A DNA stretch of 64,000 bases. Origin: Methylococcales bacterium. Its GTDB lineage: Bacteria; Pseudomonadota; Gammaproteobacteria; Methylococcales; UBA1147. The notes under the pieces were generated by a model. It saw only the letters and a program-made list of their open reading frames with translations. It ran no database searches and had not been told where the DNA came from. This document shows positions 1 through 9,219 of this stretch, in pieces. Made by a program: the position numbers and the translations under genes. Position 1 is the stretch's first letter; every line of letters starts with the position of its first letter. The stretch spans positions 4,037 to 68,036 of the forward strand of contig JBOICY010000318.1 of NCBI GenBank assembly GCA_050740335.1. Direction: 5' to 3'.

Positions 1-3000
1 ACAGGGCGGGCATCAGGAACAGATTCAGGACCGTGGAGGTCACGAGGCCACCCAGGATAACCACCGCCATCGGGAATTCGATTTCCTGGCCCGCGACATT
101 CCCTTTGATGATCAGCGGCAGCAGCGCGAGTCCCGCGCAGGAGGCGGTCATCAGGATCGGCGTCAGGCGCTCCTCGGCTCCACGCATCGCCAGTTCCAAT
201 CCGAATTTTTCGCCCTCCCGCTGTTCCAGGTACCGGTAATGACTCAACAGCAGAATGCCATTACGAGCCGCGATGCCGAGCACGGTCACAAATCCTACGA
301 GCGAACCCAGGGATAACACACCGCCGCCGATGAACGCGCCCGCAACGCCGCCGATCAGGGCGAAAGGCAAGGTCAGCGCCATCAGCAGTACGAGCCGCAG
401 CGAACCGAAATCAACGTGCAGCAGCACAAGTATCCCCAACAGGGAAGCAATGGCTAGCCACCAGAGGCGATCGCGCGCCGTCTGGCGCACCGCGTATTCG
501 CCCAGGAATTCCGGGTGGTAGCCCGGCTCGAATTGCAGTGCCAGTACCCGGTCCTGAACCTCCCGCGCGACGCGGCCCAGATCCTCGCCCGCGACGTTCA
601 GGGTCACGTCAATCCTGCGGGATCCGTTCTCTCGCTTGATTTCGTTCGGGGTCGGCGCAATTTCGAAATCGGCCACCTCCCCCAGGGGCACCCGGGTGCC
701 GGAGGGTGTGTCGATCACCGCCTCGCGCAAGGCGGCCAGGTCATGACGGACCCGCTCGGTGCCCCAGACGGTCACCTCGTTAATTTTCTGATCCCGATAG
801 ATTTCGCCGACCTTGGTGCCCCGGACCAGTGTCGTGGCGGCCCGGCGTACCAGCCCCGGAGTCAGGCCGAACAGTGCCAAGGCATCCGGTCGCAAGCGCA
901 CTTGTATATGCGGTACCAGCGTTTGCGGCTCTACTTTAAGGTTGACTACACTCTGCACGCCGGTGATGGCCCTGCCGACTTCCTCCGCCTTATCCCGCAG
1001 CACGGACAGGTCGGGTCCATAGAGCCTGACCACGACCGTCGCGCTGGCGCCGGTCAACACTTCCTTGATGCGCTCGCGGAGGTAAGTCAACACATCGCGA
1101 TAAAGACCCGGAAAACTTTCCACCACGGTCTGAATCGCCGCCAGGGTGGTGTCATAGTCCACCGCCGGGTCGACACTGATCCATAATTCGGTAAAGTTCG
1201 GCCCCACCACTTCGTCGGCCACTTCAGCCCGGCCGATGTGCGCACCGAAATTACGCACGCCCGGAATCGCTCGGATTTCCCGGCTGGCCTGTACCGTGAT
1301 GCGGCGCATGGCTTCCAGAGACGTGCCGGGTTTTTCGACCCAGTGCATCAGGAAATCGGTCTCCTTGAAGTCGGGTAGAAAGGATTCGCCCAGATTCGGC
1401 AGTGCGAGACCGGTGAGCGTGAACGCCGCGAGCAGAAAGCCCGCCGCCCAACCCGGGCGCGCGAGCATAAACGGAAGACAGGCGCGATAGCCCCGTTTCA
1501 AGGCGCGCGCCAGGGGGGCATCCCGGTCTCGCTGTCGCGCTCCGGGCAGGAGCGTCAGACACAAGGCCGGCGTGACGGTCAACGCGACCAGCAGGGAGGC
1601 GACGATCGCCAGCAGGTAAGAAAATGCCAAAGGGCGGAAAAAGGTGCCGGCCAAGCCATCCAGAAAAAACACCGGCACGAACACCAGTACCACGATGAGG
1701 CTTGCGAACACGACCGCGCTGCGCACTTCGAGCGAGGCCTTGAGTACCACTAGGAACGCGGATCGCGGTTTTTCCGCGCCGCGATTCAGGCGCAGACGGC
1801 GCATGATGTTTTCCACGTCGATGATGGCATCATCCACGACTTCGCCCACGGCGATCACAAGGCCCGCGAGCACCATGGTGTTGAGTGTGCCGCCGCGCAG
1901 ATAGAGCACCACGGCCGCCGCCAAGAGCGACAAGGGGATCGCGGACAGACTGATCAACGCCGTGCGCCATTCGAACAGAAACGCGATCAGAATCACCGCG
2001 ACCAACACACAGCCGATAACCAGCGTCCGGGATAGATTATCCAGGGAACGCTCGATGAAGGTTGCCGGACGAAAAATAGTCGAATCGACGTCCACGCCCC
2101 CGAGACCCGGGCGCAACGCAGCCAGCGCCGCTTCGACGTTGCGCGTGACCTCGAGCGTATTGCCCCAGGGTTGTTTCTCTACGATCAGCAATAGACCCGA
2201 ACCATCGTTGATGACCGCATCGCCGATCGGCGGCGGATGGCCTTCGACGACCTCGGCCACATCACCGAGCAACAGCGCTGGGCCGCCGCTGAATTGAACC
2301 ACCGTACGGGCCAGGTCCTGCGGTGTTTCCACGGATTCAAGATGACGCACCGGGAGGCGCTGGTTGGGTGAATCGACGAAACCGCCCGCCGCGACGGCTA
2401 CCGCTTCGCCTGCCGCGCGGATTACGGCATCGAGCGTAACGCCATTGGCGGCGAGCCGATCCGGATCCACGAAGACCTGGATCTGGCGATCACGCTGGCC
2501 CCAAATCGCCACGTTGGCGACGCCCGGCACGGCCATCAATCGTGGCCGGATGGTCCACAGCGCCAATTCCGAAAGGTCCATCCGGGACAGTGTTTTCGAC
2601 GACAGGCCGATCTTCATGGCCCGGCTCGTGGAGGACAACGGGGGCAGGATGACCGGGGCGCGGACTACGGCCGGCAGCCGCGGGGTCACCAATGCCACAC
2701 GCTCCTGAACCAGCTGCCGCGCCCGCATCAGGTCGGTGTCCTCCTGGAATATGCAGACCACCGAGGACAAGCCGAGTACCGACTTGGAGCGCAGAGTCTT
2801 GAGCCATGAAGTTCCGTTCAACGCGTTTTCCAATGGAACCGTGATGAGGCTCTCGACTTCCTCGGTCGAAAGTCCGGGCGCTTCGGTTTGCACCTCGACC
2901 AGAGGCGGCGCGAACTCCGGGAACACGTCGAGCGGCATCACGCGCGCGGCATGAATGCCGAAGGCCACCAGAACCACGGCCAGCGCCAAGACCAGCACCC

Positions 3001-3034
3001 GCTGGCGCAACGCGGTCGCGACGAGCCAGTACAT
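1..3034 (-). CDS. Heavy-metal-efflux type RND inner-membrane transporter (CzcA/CusA family); 3' end cut by window edge
   Basis: Absent from the ORF track because it never reaches a stop inside the window. My own minus-strand translation from the ATG at 3034-3032 reads [69 protein letters not shown]... and stays open to nt 1 (>1000 codons). It shows RND hallmarks (..[20 protein letters not shown].., ..[20 protein letters not shown]..). The ATG shares one nt with the TGA of the adaptor gene (TGATG). Confidence 0.9.
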   Translation of the reverse strand, partial: MYWLVATALRQRVLVLALAVVLVAFGIHAARVMPLDVFPEFAPPLVEVQTEAPGLSTEEVESLITVPLENALNGTSWLKTLRSKSVLGLSSVVCIFQEDTDLMRARQLVQERVALVTPRLPAVVRAPVILPPLSSTSRAMKIGLSSKTLSRMDLSELALWTIRPRLMAVPGVANVAIWGQRDRQIQVFVDPDRLAANGVTLDAVIRAAGEAVAVAAGGFVDSPNQRLPVRHLESVETPQDLARTVVQFSGGPALLLGDVAEVVEGHPPPIGDAVINDGSGLLLIVEKQPWGNTLEVTRNVEAALAALRPGLGGVDVDSTIFRPATFIERSLDNLSRTLVIGCVLVAVILIAFLFEWRTALISLSAIPLSLLAAAVVLYLRGGTLNTMVLAGLVIAVGEVVDDAIIDVENIMRRLRLNRGAEKPRSAFLVVLKASLEVRSAVVFASLIVVLVFVPVFFLDGLAGTFFRPLAFSYLLAIVASLLVALTVTPALCLTLLPGARQRDRDAPLARALKRGYRACLPFMLARPGWAAGFLLAAFTLTGLALPNLGESFLPDFKETDFLMHWVEKPGTSLEAMRRITVQASREIRAIPGVRNFGAHIGRAEVADEVVGPNFTELWISVDPAVDYDTTLAAIQTVVESFPGLYRDVLTYLRERIKEVLTGASATVVVRLYGPDLSVLRDKAEEVGRAITGVQSVVNLKVEPQTLVPHIQVRLRPDALALFGLTPGLVRRAATTLVRGTKVGEIYRDQKINEVTVWGTERVRHDLAALREAVIDTPSGTRVPLGEVADFEIAPTPNEIKRENGSRRIDVTLNVAGEDLGRVAREVQDRVLALQFEPGYHPEFLGEYAVRQTARDRLWWLAIASLLGILVLLHVDFGSLRLVLLMALTLPFALIGGVAGAFIGGGVLSLGSLVGFVTVLGIAARNGILLLSHYRYLEQREGEKFGLELAMRGAEERLTPILMTASCAGLALLPLIIKGNVAGQEIEFPMAVVILGGLVTSTVLNLFLMPAL

Positions 3035-4095
3035 CACTTGCCGGCTCCGAATTCGGTCCCGAACAATTCGGCGGCGCCACTCACCACTACGCTCGTACCG
3101 GGTTTGAGTCCGCCGGCCAGCACGGCCAGGTCGCCCGCCACCCGTTCCACGAGAACCCGGCGCCGGACATAAACCAAAGGCGCGGATTGCTCGTAAACCC
3201 AGGTTCCGCCTTGCGCGTCATGCACGATCGCGGACCACGGCACGACCACGCCGGCTTGGCTCTCCCGCAGCGGGATGGTCACACCCACACGCTGGCCGAA
3301 GCGATAGGCCCCGTCTCGATTGGCTACCTGGTAAAACACATCCACAGTCGAAACCATCGCATTGGTGGAGGGCGGCGCCGACACCGGCCTGGCCGCGCGG
3401 CCGGCGGCACCGGGCGCATCGCCGAGCCCTCCGATCCGAGCTTCCGCGGAACTATCCAGCTTCGCAAGATCCCCGACATAGACCGGTACCCTTACCCAGA
3501 CTTCCGCTGGGCTGGCCGTCGACAGGAGCGCCGGGCCGAGCAGATTGCGGTGAGCCTGCGCGGTATGCAACGCCGCTACGGCCAGTTTGACCTGTACCCG
3601 CGCATCCTCCACCGCCCGCTCCGTGCCGACCTTGTCGCGCCGCATTTGCTCGGCGCGGTTCTGCACCTGGCGGGTCGCGTGCACTTGCACCTTCGCCTGT
3701 TCGACCTGACCATCGGCATCGATTTGGGACTGCGCGAGCCGAATCTGTTCGGCGGGCGACAATAACGGCAGGATCGTGAACACCGATTGCCGATCGAGAC
3801 GACCGCCGGACGCCAGCGCGCTTACACCCGATCGCGCCGGGAGGGTGATTTCACCGCCGAGCAGCCGCGCGCGCGTCAGTTTGCGCAGTTCCGCCATCCT
3901 GGCGACGACGCCCAGGCGCCGGTCCGCTTCGGGCGTTAAGGTTATGGTCGACAATTCGGTTTCCTTGATCGGCCGTTCGATTTTGGCGGGCGCGAGAAGT
4001 TGGCTCGGTTCGGCGGCCGGTAGGTCCGGAGAACCCAGGATAAGGGCCAGAATCGAAAATACAACCTTGCACCGTGATTTGATTTTGAAATTCAC
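3034..4095 (-). CDS. Efflux RND periplasmic adaptor subunit (membrane fusion protein, CzcB/HlyD family)
   Basis: 353-aa ORF with an N-terminal anchor/signal ([22 protein letters not shown]), a central coiled-coil-like Ala/Gln/Arg-rich hairpin, and a C-terminal beta-rich part ending [21 protein letters not shown]. Its GTG start overlaps the stop of the upstream OMF gene (GTGA). It sits between the OMF and RND genes. Confidence 0.85.
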   Translation of the reverse strand: MNFKIKSRCKVVFSILALILGSPDLPAAEPSQLLAPAKIERPIKETELSTITLTPEADRRLGVVARMAELRKLTRARLLGGEITLPARSGVSALASGGRLDRQSVFTILPLLSPAEQIRLAQSQIDADGQVEQAKVQVHATRQVQNRAEQMRRDKVGTERAVEDARVQVKLAVAALHTAQAHRNLLGPALLSTASPAEVWVRVPVYVGDLAKLDSSAEARIGGLGDAPGAAGRAARPVSAPPSTNAMVSTVDVFYQVANRDGAYRFGQRVGVTIPLRESQAGVVVPWSAIVHDAQGGTWVYEQSAPLVYVRRRVLVERVAGDLAVLAGGLKPGTSVVVSGAAELFGTEFGAGK

Positions 4096-5477
4096 GAGGA
4101 AGAAACCTTCGATCTTGGATTGGAATAATCCAGGTTCCGCCCGATGCCTCGTTCAAGCTCCGCGCGAGCACGGCGCAAATCGGCCGCCGCGCTCGCGGCC
4201 TTGAGGCGGATATCCAACCATTTACGCTGCGTTTCCAGCACGAACAAATAGGATACATTGCCCGCCGTGTAAGCCTTTTCGGCGTACCGCACCGCCGCCG
4301 CGAGAGGCGGCAGAATCTGGTCTTGCCATTGCTGATGGCTTTTTCGGGCCTGATTCATCTTCGCTAAAGCTTCGCGGACTTCCAGTACGACCCGGTCGCG
4401 AAGCGTGTTGTAGTAGCGCGCGTCCTTCTCGAGTCTGGCTCGGGCCTGTGCGATGCCACCCTGGTTTTGGTTGAAGATGGGCAGCGTGATATCGAGACCC
4501 GGCCCCGAGAGCGCCGGGCCGTGGATATTAATAGGCTTGGTGCTGAGAATGGCCGTGAACGTGAATACTTCCGCTTTGGCCAGGCCGATACGCTCCCCGG
4601 AGGATTCCAGACGTATTTCCGCCGCGCGCAGATCGGGCCGGCTCGCGAGCGCTTCCTTCACCAGGCTGTCCGGTGCAGGCGGCTCGCTCAACGGTAAGGG
4701 CCCGGGTTCCACCCTCTCCGGCCAATGCTCCAAACCAAGACCCGCCAGCGTGCGCAGGCGTTCACGCGCGATTTCGGCCTCACTCCGCCAGCGGCCCAGT
4801 TGTTCTTCGGCCTGGAGCGCGTCGACCCGGGCATTCGAAACGTCCAATTCGGTGGCATCGCCGTCGCGCATAACCAAGCCGGTCAATTCGGCGATGTTAT
4901 CCGCGAGTCTCGCGGATTTCCCGCCGAGTTCGACACGTTCCCTGGCCAGTGCCAGATCGGCGCTGGCCAGACGCACGTCGCGGATCACATCGAGTCCGTT
5001 TTGAACCAGTTGTTGCGCGACACGTTGGACCTCCAACTGCGCCGATTCGATCCGGCGGGAGCGCAGCCAGAACACCTCGATCGGATATCGGAGCAGGAGT
5101 TCCACCGGTTTTATGCCGGCCGGAAACAGCATCCACAAGGTGGGGTTGGGCACCATGCCCGCCTGCACGAGGTCGGCGCGGGAAAGTTCAAGGTCCGCGA
5201 GTGTTTCCCGGAACGCCGAATTGTTCGACAGCGCGAGCGCCACCAATTCGTCCTCGGTCACGCGGTCGGCCCCGGAAATGCCGGAGGGCCGCGCCGGCAC
5301 GGCCGCTTGGGTCTCGGCCAGGGCGTGCCCGGTGCGCCGTTTAAGCTCGGCCGAAACATCGCGGACGCTATATTGATTGCTCACGCACCCGCCCAGCAGA
5401 GCGCAAGCCGACAACAACCAAGCCACCGTCCACCGGCCTTTCCACAACCATCGACAAATTCCGTTGCTTCCTTGCAT
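4092..5477 (-). CDS. Outer-membrane efflux protein (TolC/CzcC family lipoprotein)
   Basis: ORF 4092-5603. The likely true start is the ATG at 5477, giving MQGSNGICRWLWKGRWTVAWLLSACALLGGC with lipobox LLGGC. The two-repeat helical OMF architecture is present (..LDLSRADLVQAG.. / ..LRAAEIRLESSGERIGLAKAE..). It is the first gene of a C-B-A ordered operon. Confidence 0.85.
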   Translation of the reverse strand: MQGSNGICRWLWKGRWTVAWLLSACALLGGCVSNQYSVRDVSAELKRRTGHALAETQAAVPARPSGISGADRVTEDELVALALSNNSAFRETLADLELSRADLVQAGMVPNPTLWMLFPAGIKPVELLLRYPIEVFWLRSRRIESAQLEVQRVAQQLVQNGLDVIRDVRLASADLALARERVELGGKSARLADNIAELTGLVMRDGDATELDVSNARVDALQAEEQLGRWRSEAEIARERLRTLAGLGLEHWPERVEPGPLPLSEPPAPDSLVKEALASRPDLRAAEIRLESSGERIGLAKAEVFTFTAILSTKPINIHGPALSGPGLDITLPIFNQNQGGIAQARARLEKDARYYNTLRDRVVLEVREALAKMNQARKSHQQWQDQILPPLAAAVRYAEKAYTAGNVSYLFVLETQRKWLDIRLKAASAAADLRRARAELERGIGRNLDYSNPRSKVSSS

Positions 5478-5558
5478 GGTTAGGAATGGGCACAAATAAA
5501 TCGGACGACTCGCAGGCAAAACCAATACATTTAAGGTATCAAAATAGCCTCTAAAATC

Positions 5559-5909
5559 ATGATGCTCACACCTTATTCGAAAGAAGTCGAAGAACCGTTG
5601 CAAGAATTATACAGTCGTCGGTCGGAGAAAGATAACCGTCTGTATGCTGGAATTGAAGCTCTAAAATTTCCGTATGGTGGTGTCAGTTATATTGCCCTGC
5701 TTTTTAACCGTTCCCGTGGCATTAAAGAACTCGGCGGAACTGAAACGCTCGCCGAGCACAGAGCTAGAAAGACGGGGGGTGGCCGCAAGCAAGGGTTTGA
5801 GAAGCGGACGGATATTCAGGAGGTATTCCGGTCCATTACATGTACCCATGTGGCTCCAAACCTCGCCACCCGAAACACCCTGACGTCACCCGCCGAGGAC
5901 GCATGGTGA
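5559..5909 (+). mobile_element. ISAzo13-family transposase gene fragment (N-terminal ~100 aa only; IS remnant)
   Basis: The 116-aa ORF contains ..RRSEKDNRLYAGIEALKFPYGGVSYIALLFNRSRGIKELGG..RARKTGGGRKQ... This matches my memory of the HTH/N-terminal part of ISAzo13-type (DDE_Tnp_ISAZ13) transposases (..RLYAA.EA..LG.GGIS......G.....I.+G.KEL....R.R..GGGRK). The DDE catalytic part is missing. Confidence 0.6.
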
Positions 5910-5913
5910 AATC

Positions 5914-6291
5914 TCAACGCGAGAAATTATTTGTCGGTTCCCGCATACTCCTTGCAGGCGCCGGCATATTCGGGGGAGGTGGTGGATGCCATTCTTGGCG
6001 GGTGTAATACATGATCTCTTTGGGCACAGGCACGCGGTGACCTTTTCCATACATGCACTGAACGTAGACGATATCATAGTCTGGTTGGCCTTCCTCGTCG
6101 GAATCGGGTTCCTCCACCATTCGCGCGATCTGCCCGTGGGCGAGTTGCCTGCACCCGACATCGTCGTTACGGAACTCCGATAAGTCCTTGCCGGTGCCGG
6201 GCAGCACCAAAACACTCGGGCCGCCCGGTAGCGTCGAGCATGAACAGAGCACGAAGGCAATCAGAAAGTGTATAAACGAAGATTTTACCAA
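5914..6291 (-). CDS. Conserved lipoprotein of unknown function (PSVxVLPGxGK ... YxQCMYxxG family)
   Basis: ORF 5914-6450. A signal peptide with a lipobox-like LCSC appears only after an in-frame TTG at 6291 (M/L-VKSSFIHFLIAFVLCSC); the ATG at 6381 is an alternative start. The mature part has GPSVLVLPGTGKDLSEFRNDDVGCRQ and YDIVYVQCMYGKGHRVP, motifs I recall from small proteobacterial lipoproteins often annotated as glycine-zipper family. Confidence 0.5.
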   Translation of the reverse strand: MVKSSFIHFLIAFVLCSCSTLPGGPSVLVLPGTGKDLSEFRNDDVGCRQLAHGQIARMVEEPDSDEEGQPDYDIVYVQCMYGKGHRVPVPKEIMYYTRQEWHPPPPPNMPAPARSMREPTNNFSR

Positions 6292-6517
6292 GGACGTATC
6301 CACTTCACTCTTGTAACCGCTATATGTCGTGGTTGATAATCTATCATCCAAGGATGATTTGAGTTCGCGAAGGTAAACCATGCGCCATATTCTTGCTGTG
6401 TTCGGGGGTAATCTACGCCAACCAGGGGGTGTGATTTCTCGCTCATTCACACATCCGGCATCTTGTGTCTGAGAGAGCGAAGTGGATACCCCCCTTTAAC
6501 ATTTCGCGCCGCTCGCT

Positions 6518-7141
6518 TCAGGGAACAAGTTTCTGCCAGGAACCCGAACATTCCCTTACATAGGGATAGTAACCGGCCGAATTGTTGCAGTAATACCAGT
6601 AACCTGGCTCCTCGTGTACCGGCTGAGATGCGATTCTCTGCCATCCCGCCGGACATTCCTTGACATGGGGATAATAACCTCCCGAACTTACGCAATAGTC
6701 CCAATAGTTCGCTTCCAAGGGTTGCACCTGAGGAATATTTCCTTGTTCGATGTAGACCGGTGGCATGGATTGCGCCGCAAGAAACGAGGGGTAATAGGAA
6801 TAGGGGTAATAATTGGGCGCAGAGTACGAATACGGCCAGGAATAATAGGGGGGCCAGAACAGGGATGAGCCCAGAAATATACTTAACCGGGGACGTCTAT
6901 AGGGGCTGTAGTAATTCCACCCCCCATAGCGAGCGAAACCGCCACGCCATCCGCCATACCATCCGCCGTGCCACCCCCCATGCCACCCGCTATGCCATCC
7001 GCCATACCACCCGCCATGGTGACCGCCCCCGACGTGACCTCCGCCAAAGCCATGGCCGCCTCCTCCACGGGCCAACGCGCTTCCGCTCGTTAAGCACACG
7101 GCCAAAACCATGAGCAGAAGCGGATATTTAGGAAGGGTCAT
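6518..7141 (-). CDS. Secreted Gly/His/Trp/Tyr-rich repeat protein with two C-terminal YW(x)YC..GYYP(Y/H)V.EC..(G/S)W motifs
   Basis: 207-aa ORF with a Sec signal (MTLPKYPLLLMVLAVCLTSGSALA). It continues GGGGHGFGGGHVGGGHHGGWYGGWHSGWHGGWHGGWYGGWRGG, then a Tyr/Pro-rich segment. The C-terminus carries two copies of a Cys-containing motif (NYWDYCVSSGGYYPHVKECPAGWQ / GYWYYCNNSAGYYPYVRECSGSWQ). It lies 9 nt downstream of the preceding gene. Confidence 0.6.
   Translation of the reverse strand: MTLPKYPLLLMVLAVCLTSGSALARGGGGHGFGGGHVGGGHHGGWYGGWHSGWHGGWHGGWYGGWRGGFARYGGWNYYSPYRRPRLSIFLGSSLFWPPYYSWPYSYSAPNYYPYSYYPSFLAAQSMPPVYIEQGNIPQVQPLEANYWDYCVSSGGYYPHVKECPAGWQRIASQPVHEEPGYWYYCNNSAGYYPYVRECSGSWQKLVP
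6917..7066 (-). repeat. In-frame 12-nt periodic coding repeat (GGW[HY] units)
   Basis: The plus strand reads ..ccgccataccatccgccgtgccaccccccatgccacccgctatgccatccgccataccacccgccatggtg... It encodes the GGWY/GGWH run of the 207-aa protein. Confidence 0.8.
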
Positions 7142-7150
7142 GGCTCTGGC

Positions 7151-8602
7151 TTAGCGGTGCCAGCCTCCGAAACCACTCTGGTGTCCGAAGCCGCCACCGC
7201 CATGAAAGCCTCCGCCGTGATGGAAGCCGCCATCGTGATGAAAGCCACCACCGTGATGAAAGCCACCATGGCCATAAAAACCACCGCCGCCCTGGAAGCC
7301 AGCCCCGAAACCGCCGCTAAAACGATGATGGGTACCGAATGTCCGGTGTTGCGAATACACAGGTGGAAAATAGATTCTCGGCGACGAGGGAACCAGAAAC
7401 GACTGGCCGAACCCGAAGCTACGAAGATTCTGAACATCGTTATGGTGTGCAGGCAGAAAATTTCCCTGGCGAAAGTGTACCGGTCCACTCGTGATTCCCG
7501 GACTATTACCCAAGGGCGCCACCCATCTGGCCGGCGGAAATCCAGAACCCAAACCATTCAATCGAGCCGCAGGCGTTGCGTTTAGCGCGTTCAAATGATT
7601 TTGATTCAGCGTAACGATAGCGCTGGCTCCGGCTCGAGCGCTCGGAGAAGAAAACCAGCGCTCAGACATCGAATCAGGGGAAAACGTTCCCGATCCCGGG
7701 TGAATCCCGGCCGTTCCGCGGTAAACACCGCCGCCAACATGATGAGCGACGAAATAAGGGCGTTGATGAAAAGCCACGCGCCGGTGGAAATTTTGTAAGA
7801 CAAAATATCCTGGAAAATAATACCCGGAGGACCAGAACGGATAGGCAACCCGGGAATAGAGATAGGAATAGGGATCCGGCGGTGGATAGTAAGTCACCAC
7901 GGGAGGTCCCTGATCCATGTAATAATTGTTGATCATCTCGGGGTTTGGATTGGCCGCTTCCTGCGGGGCGGCTTCCCGCACCACGTCGGACCCGGTATCC
8001 AAAACCGAACTCTTGATGATTTTCAATTTGTCCCGGTATTCCGCCGGTATGGAACCATAATCATCAGTGATGTGTATGACTCCTTCACGGTCCGTATAAC
8101 CGTAAATCGTCGTATTCCTGGGTTTATTTTTCGGGCCGACAGGCGTATCGGGATTTCGGTGCACTTGCAGACCTACCTGGATCTTTACATTTTCGATTGC
8201 CTTCATGGCCTCGTACTGGGTCATTGCAATTTTACGCTTCTGGACGGCCGCCTTAACGCGCTGTTCCAGATCACCGATTACGGCGGGCGTAACCGGGTAG
8301 TCCGATAGCCATCCGTTTTTCGGTTCTATCCCGATCCCGCTCAACAAACTTTCGGCATCGGATTCATCCAGGCCGGATCCAAGTTTTAAGGCTTCAACTA
8401 GCTGGACCGCAAATAGTCCTTCGGGCACCAACACCTGTTCGATCGATGGGAGCGCGGCGTTCGTCTGCGAATTCAGCCGCGGAGAAAACGACGAAATATC
8501 TTTCCCTTCCTGCCCGTAAACGGCCGCGAACGGCAGGCATAACGCCAAGCAAGAACTGATCACGGTGTTAGCAACGGCTCGTTTGGAATTACCGGTAAAC
8601 AT
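7151..8602 (-). CDS. Secreted protein with DUF4124-like segment and C-terminal (GGFHH)n His-rich repeats
   Basis: ORF 7151-8608. The ATG at 8602 has the SD GAGGG 7 nt upstream, and the signal-like N-terminus is MFTGNSKRAVANTVISSCLALCLPFAAVYGQ. The segment IYGYTDREGVIHITDDYGSIPAEY resembles the DUF4124 motif. The middle is aromatic/Pro-rich, and the C-terminus reads GGGGFYGHGGFHHGGGFHHDGGFHHGGGFHGGGGFGHQSGFGGWHR. Confidence 0.7.
   Translation of the reverse strand: MFTGNSKRAVANTVISSCLALCLPFAAVYGQEGKDISSFSPRLNSQTNAALPSIEQVLVPEGLFAVQLVEALKLGSGLDESDAESLLSGIGIEPKNGWLSDYPVTPAVIGDLEQRVKAAVQKRKIAMTQYEAMKAIENVKIQVGLQVHRNPDTPVGPKNKPRNTTIYGYTDREGVIHITDDYGSIPAEYRDKLKIIKSSVLDTGSDVVREAAPQEAANPNPEMINNYYMDQGPPVVTYYPPPDPYSYLYSRVAYPFWSSGYYFPGYFVLQNFHRRVAFHQRPYFVAHHVGGGVYRGTAGIHPGSGTFSPDSMSERWFSSPSARAGASAIVTLNQNHLNALNATPAARLNGLGSGFPPARWVAPLGNSPGITSGPVHFRQGNFLPAHHNDVQNLRSFGFGQSFLVPSSPRIYFPPVYSQHRTFGTHHRFSGGFGAGFQGGGGFYGHGGFHHGGGFHHDGGFHHGGGFHGGGGFGHQSGFGGWHR
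7154..7312 (-). repeat. In-frame ~15-nt periodic coding repeat (GGFHH units)
   Basis: The plus strand reads ..gccaccgccatgaaagcctccgccgtgatggaagccgccatcgtgatgaaagccaccaccgtgatgaaagccaccatggcc... Confidence 0.8.
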
Positions 8603-8619
8603 GAACACGCCCTCACGTG

Positions 8620-8643
8620 TGAGTACTGTCGTTTGAGTACTGT
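8620..8643. promoter_or_regulatory. Tandem direct repeat TGAGTACTGT x2 (period 14) just upstream of the His-rich gene
   Basis: Plus-strand copies lie at 8620-8629 and 8634-8643 and are identical. On the coding (minus) strand they read ACAGTACTCA-aacg-ACAGTACTCA, 18-41 nt upstream of the ATG at 8602. Each copy contains the palindrome AGTACT. Confidence 0.35.
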
Positions 8644-8795
8644 GCTTTTTAGACCCTCCAACCCGGTTATCGTTCTTTGTATCAGTTAGGATTCAAAAGA
8701 TGTTCACCAATCTCGCGATCGGATCGGAGCAGGTGATAGCGCTACGCGGGTTACGGTAAAGAAAGTTGTATCATCCGCCGCCCGATAACGACGAT

Positions 8796-8958
8796 CTGGG
8801 CTCTCCGCTTTACCGGAGTTGCGGCACGGCTGGTAGTCCGAGAAGTCCGAATCGGTCCGGAACCAAGGACTGGAACTCCCCCACGAACCTGGGATAGTGG
8901 ATGCCGACATCAGGGCGATTCACTTCCTCAGTTTGCTCCAGTTAAGTGGAGAGCCCAG
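8796..8958. mobile_element. 163-bp MITE-like element with terminal inverted repeats and 8-bp target-site duplication
   Basis: The left end is CTGGGCTCTCC (8796-8806) and the right end GGAGAGCCCAG (8948-8958), perfect 11-bp TIRs that extend to 20/23 matches. The element is flanked by identical ACGACGAT at 8788-8795 and 8959-8966. It has no coding capacity. Confidence 0.7.
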
Positions 8959-9219
8959 ACGACGATAATCCGGCATGACATAAGCCAAGCCGGATCGTCG
9001 GGTGCTTGTCCGATGAGTTGTCACGGCACCGTGAATTTAACGCATAATTTGAAACGAGTTTTTGAAAGCTTGCAAGCGATGGGTGGAAATATCAACATCG
9101 CTCCCGAACCGCCAGACAAACCACCGTAGCGTGCGCCGCGCGCTCGGACATTCTCCGTGCCGAGCCGACCGCAAGAGCGGCGGCGTACCTCGGGAAACGA
9201 AGGGTGGCCGGCGGCAGGC

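Noticed and set aside
33-3172. About a dozen 60-220-aa ORFs on both strands listed for the first 3 kb (for example 515-1186 +, 2490-3080 -)
   Set aside because: All overlap the >1000-codon RND transporter frame, which the track omits because it has no stop inside the window. Their translations are Arg/Pro/Ser-rich nonsense.
6917-7312. 12-nt and 15-nt periodic DNA repeats considered as a CRISPR-like array or VNTR
   Set aside because: The repeats are contiguous with no spacers, in frame, and encode GGW(H/Y) and GGFHH units inside two ORFs with signal peptides. They are coding low-complexity repeats, not an array.
8700-9020. Possible structured ncRNA or metal riboswitch (NiCo/czcD-type), RNase P, SRP or tmRNA in the long leader upstream of the His-rich gene
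   Set aside because: I could not match any conserved core (RNase P P4, the SRP GGAA motif, the tmRNA ends). The conspicuous inverted repeat is better explained as MITE termini with an 8-bp target duplication. A riboswitch cannot be excluded without a covariance-model scan such as Rfam/Infernal.
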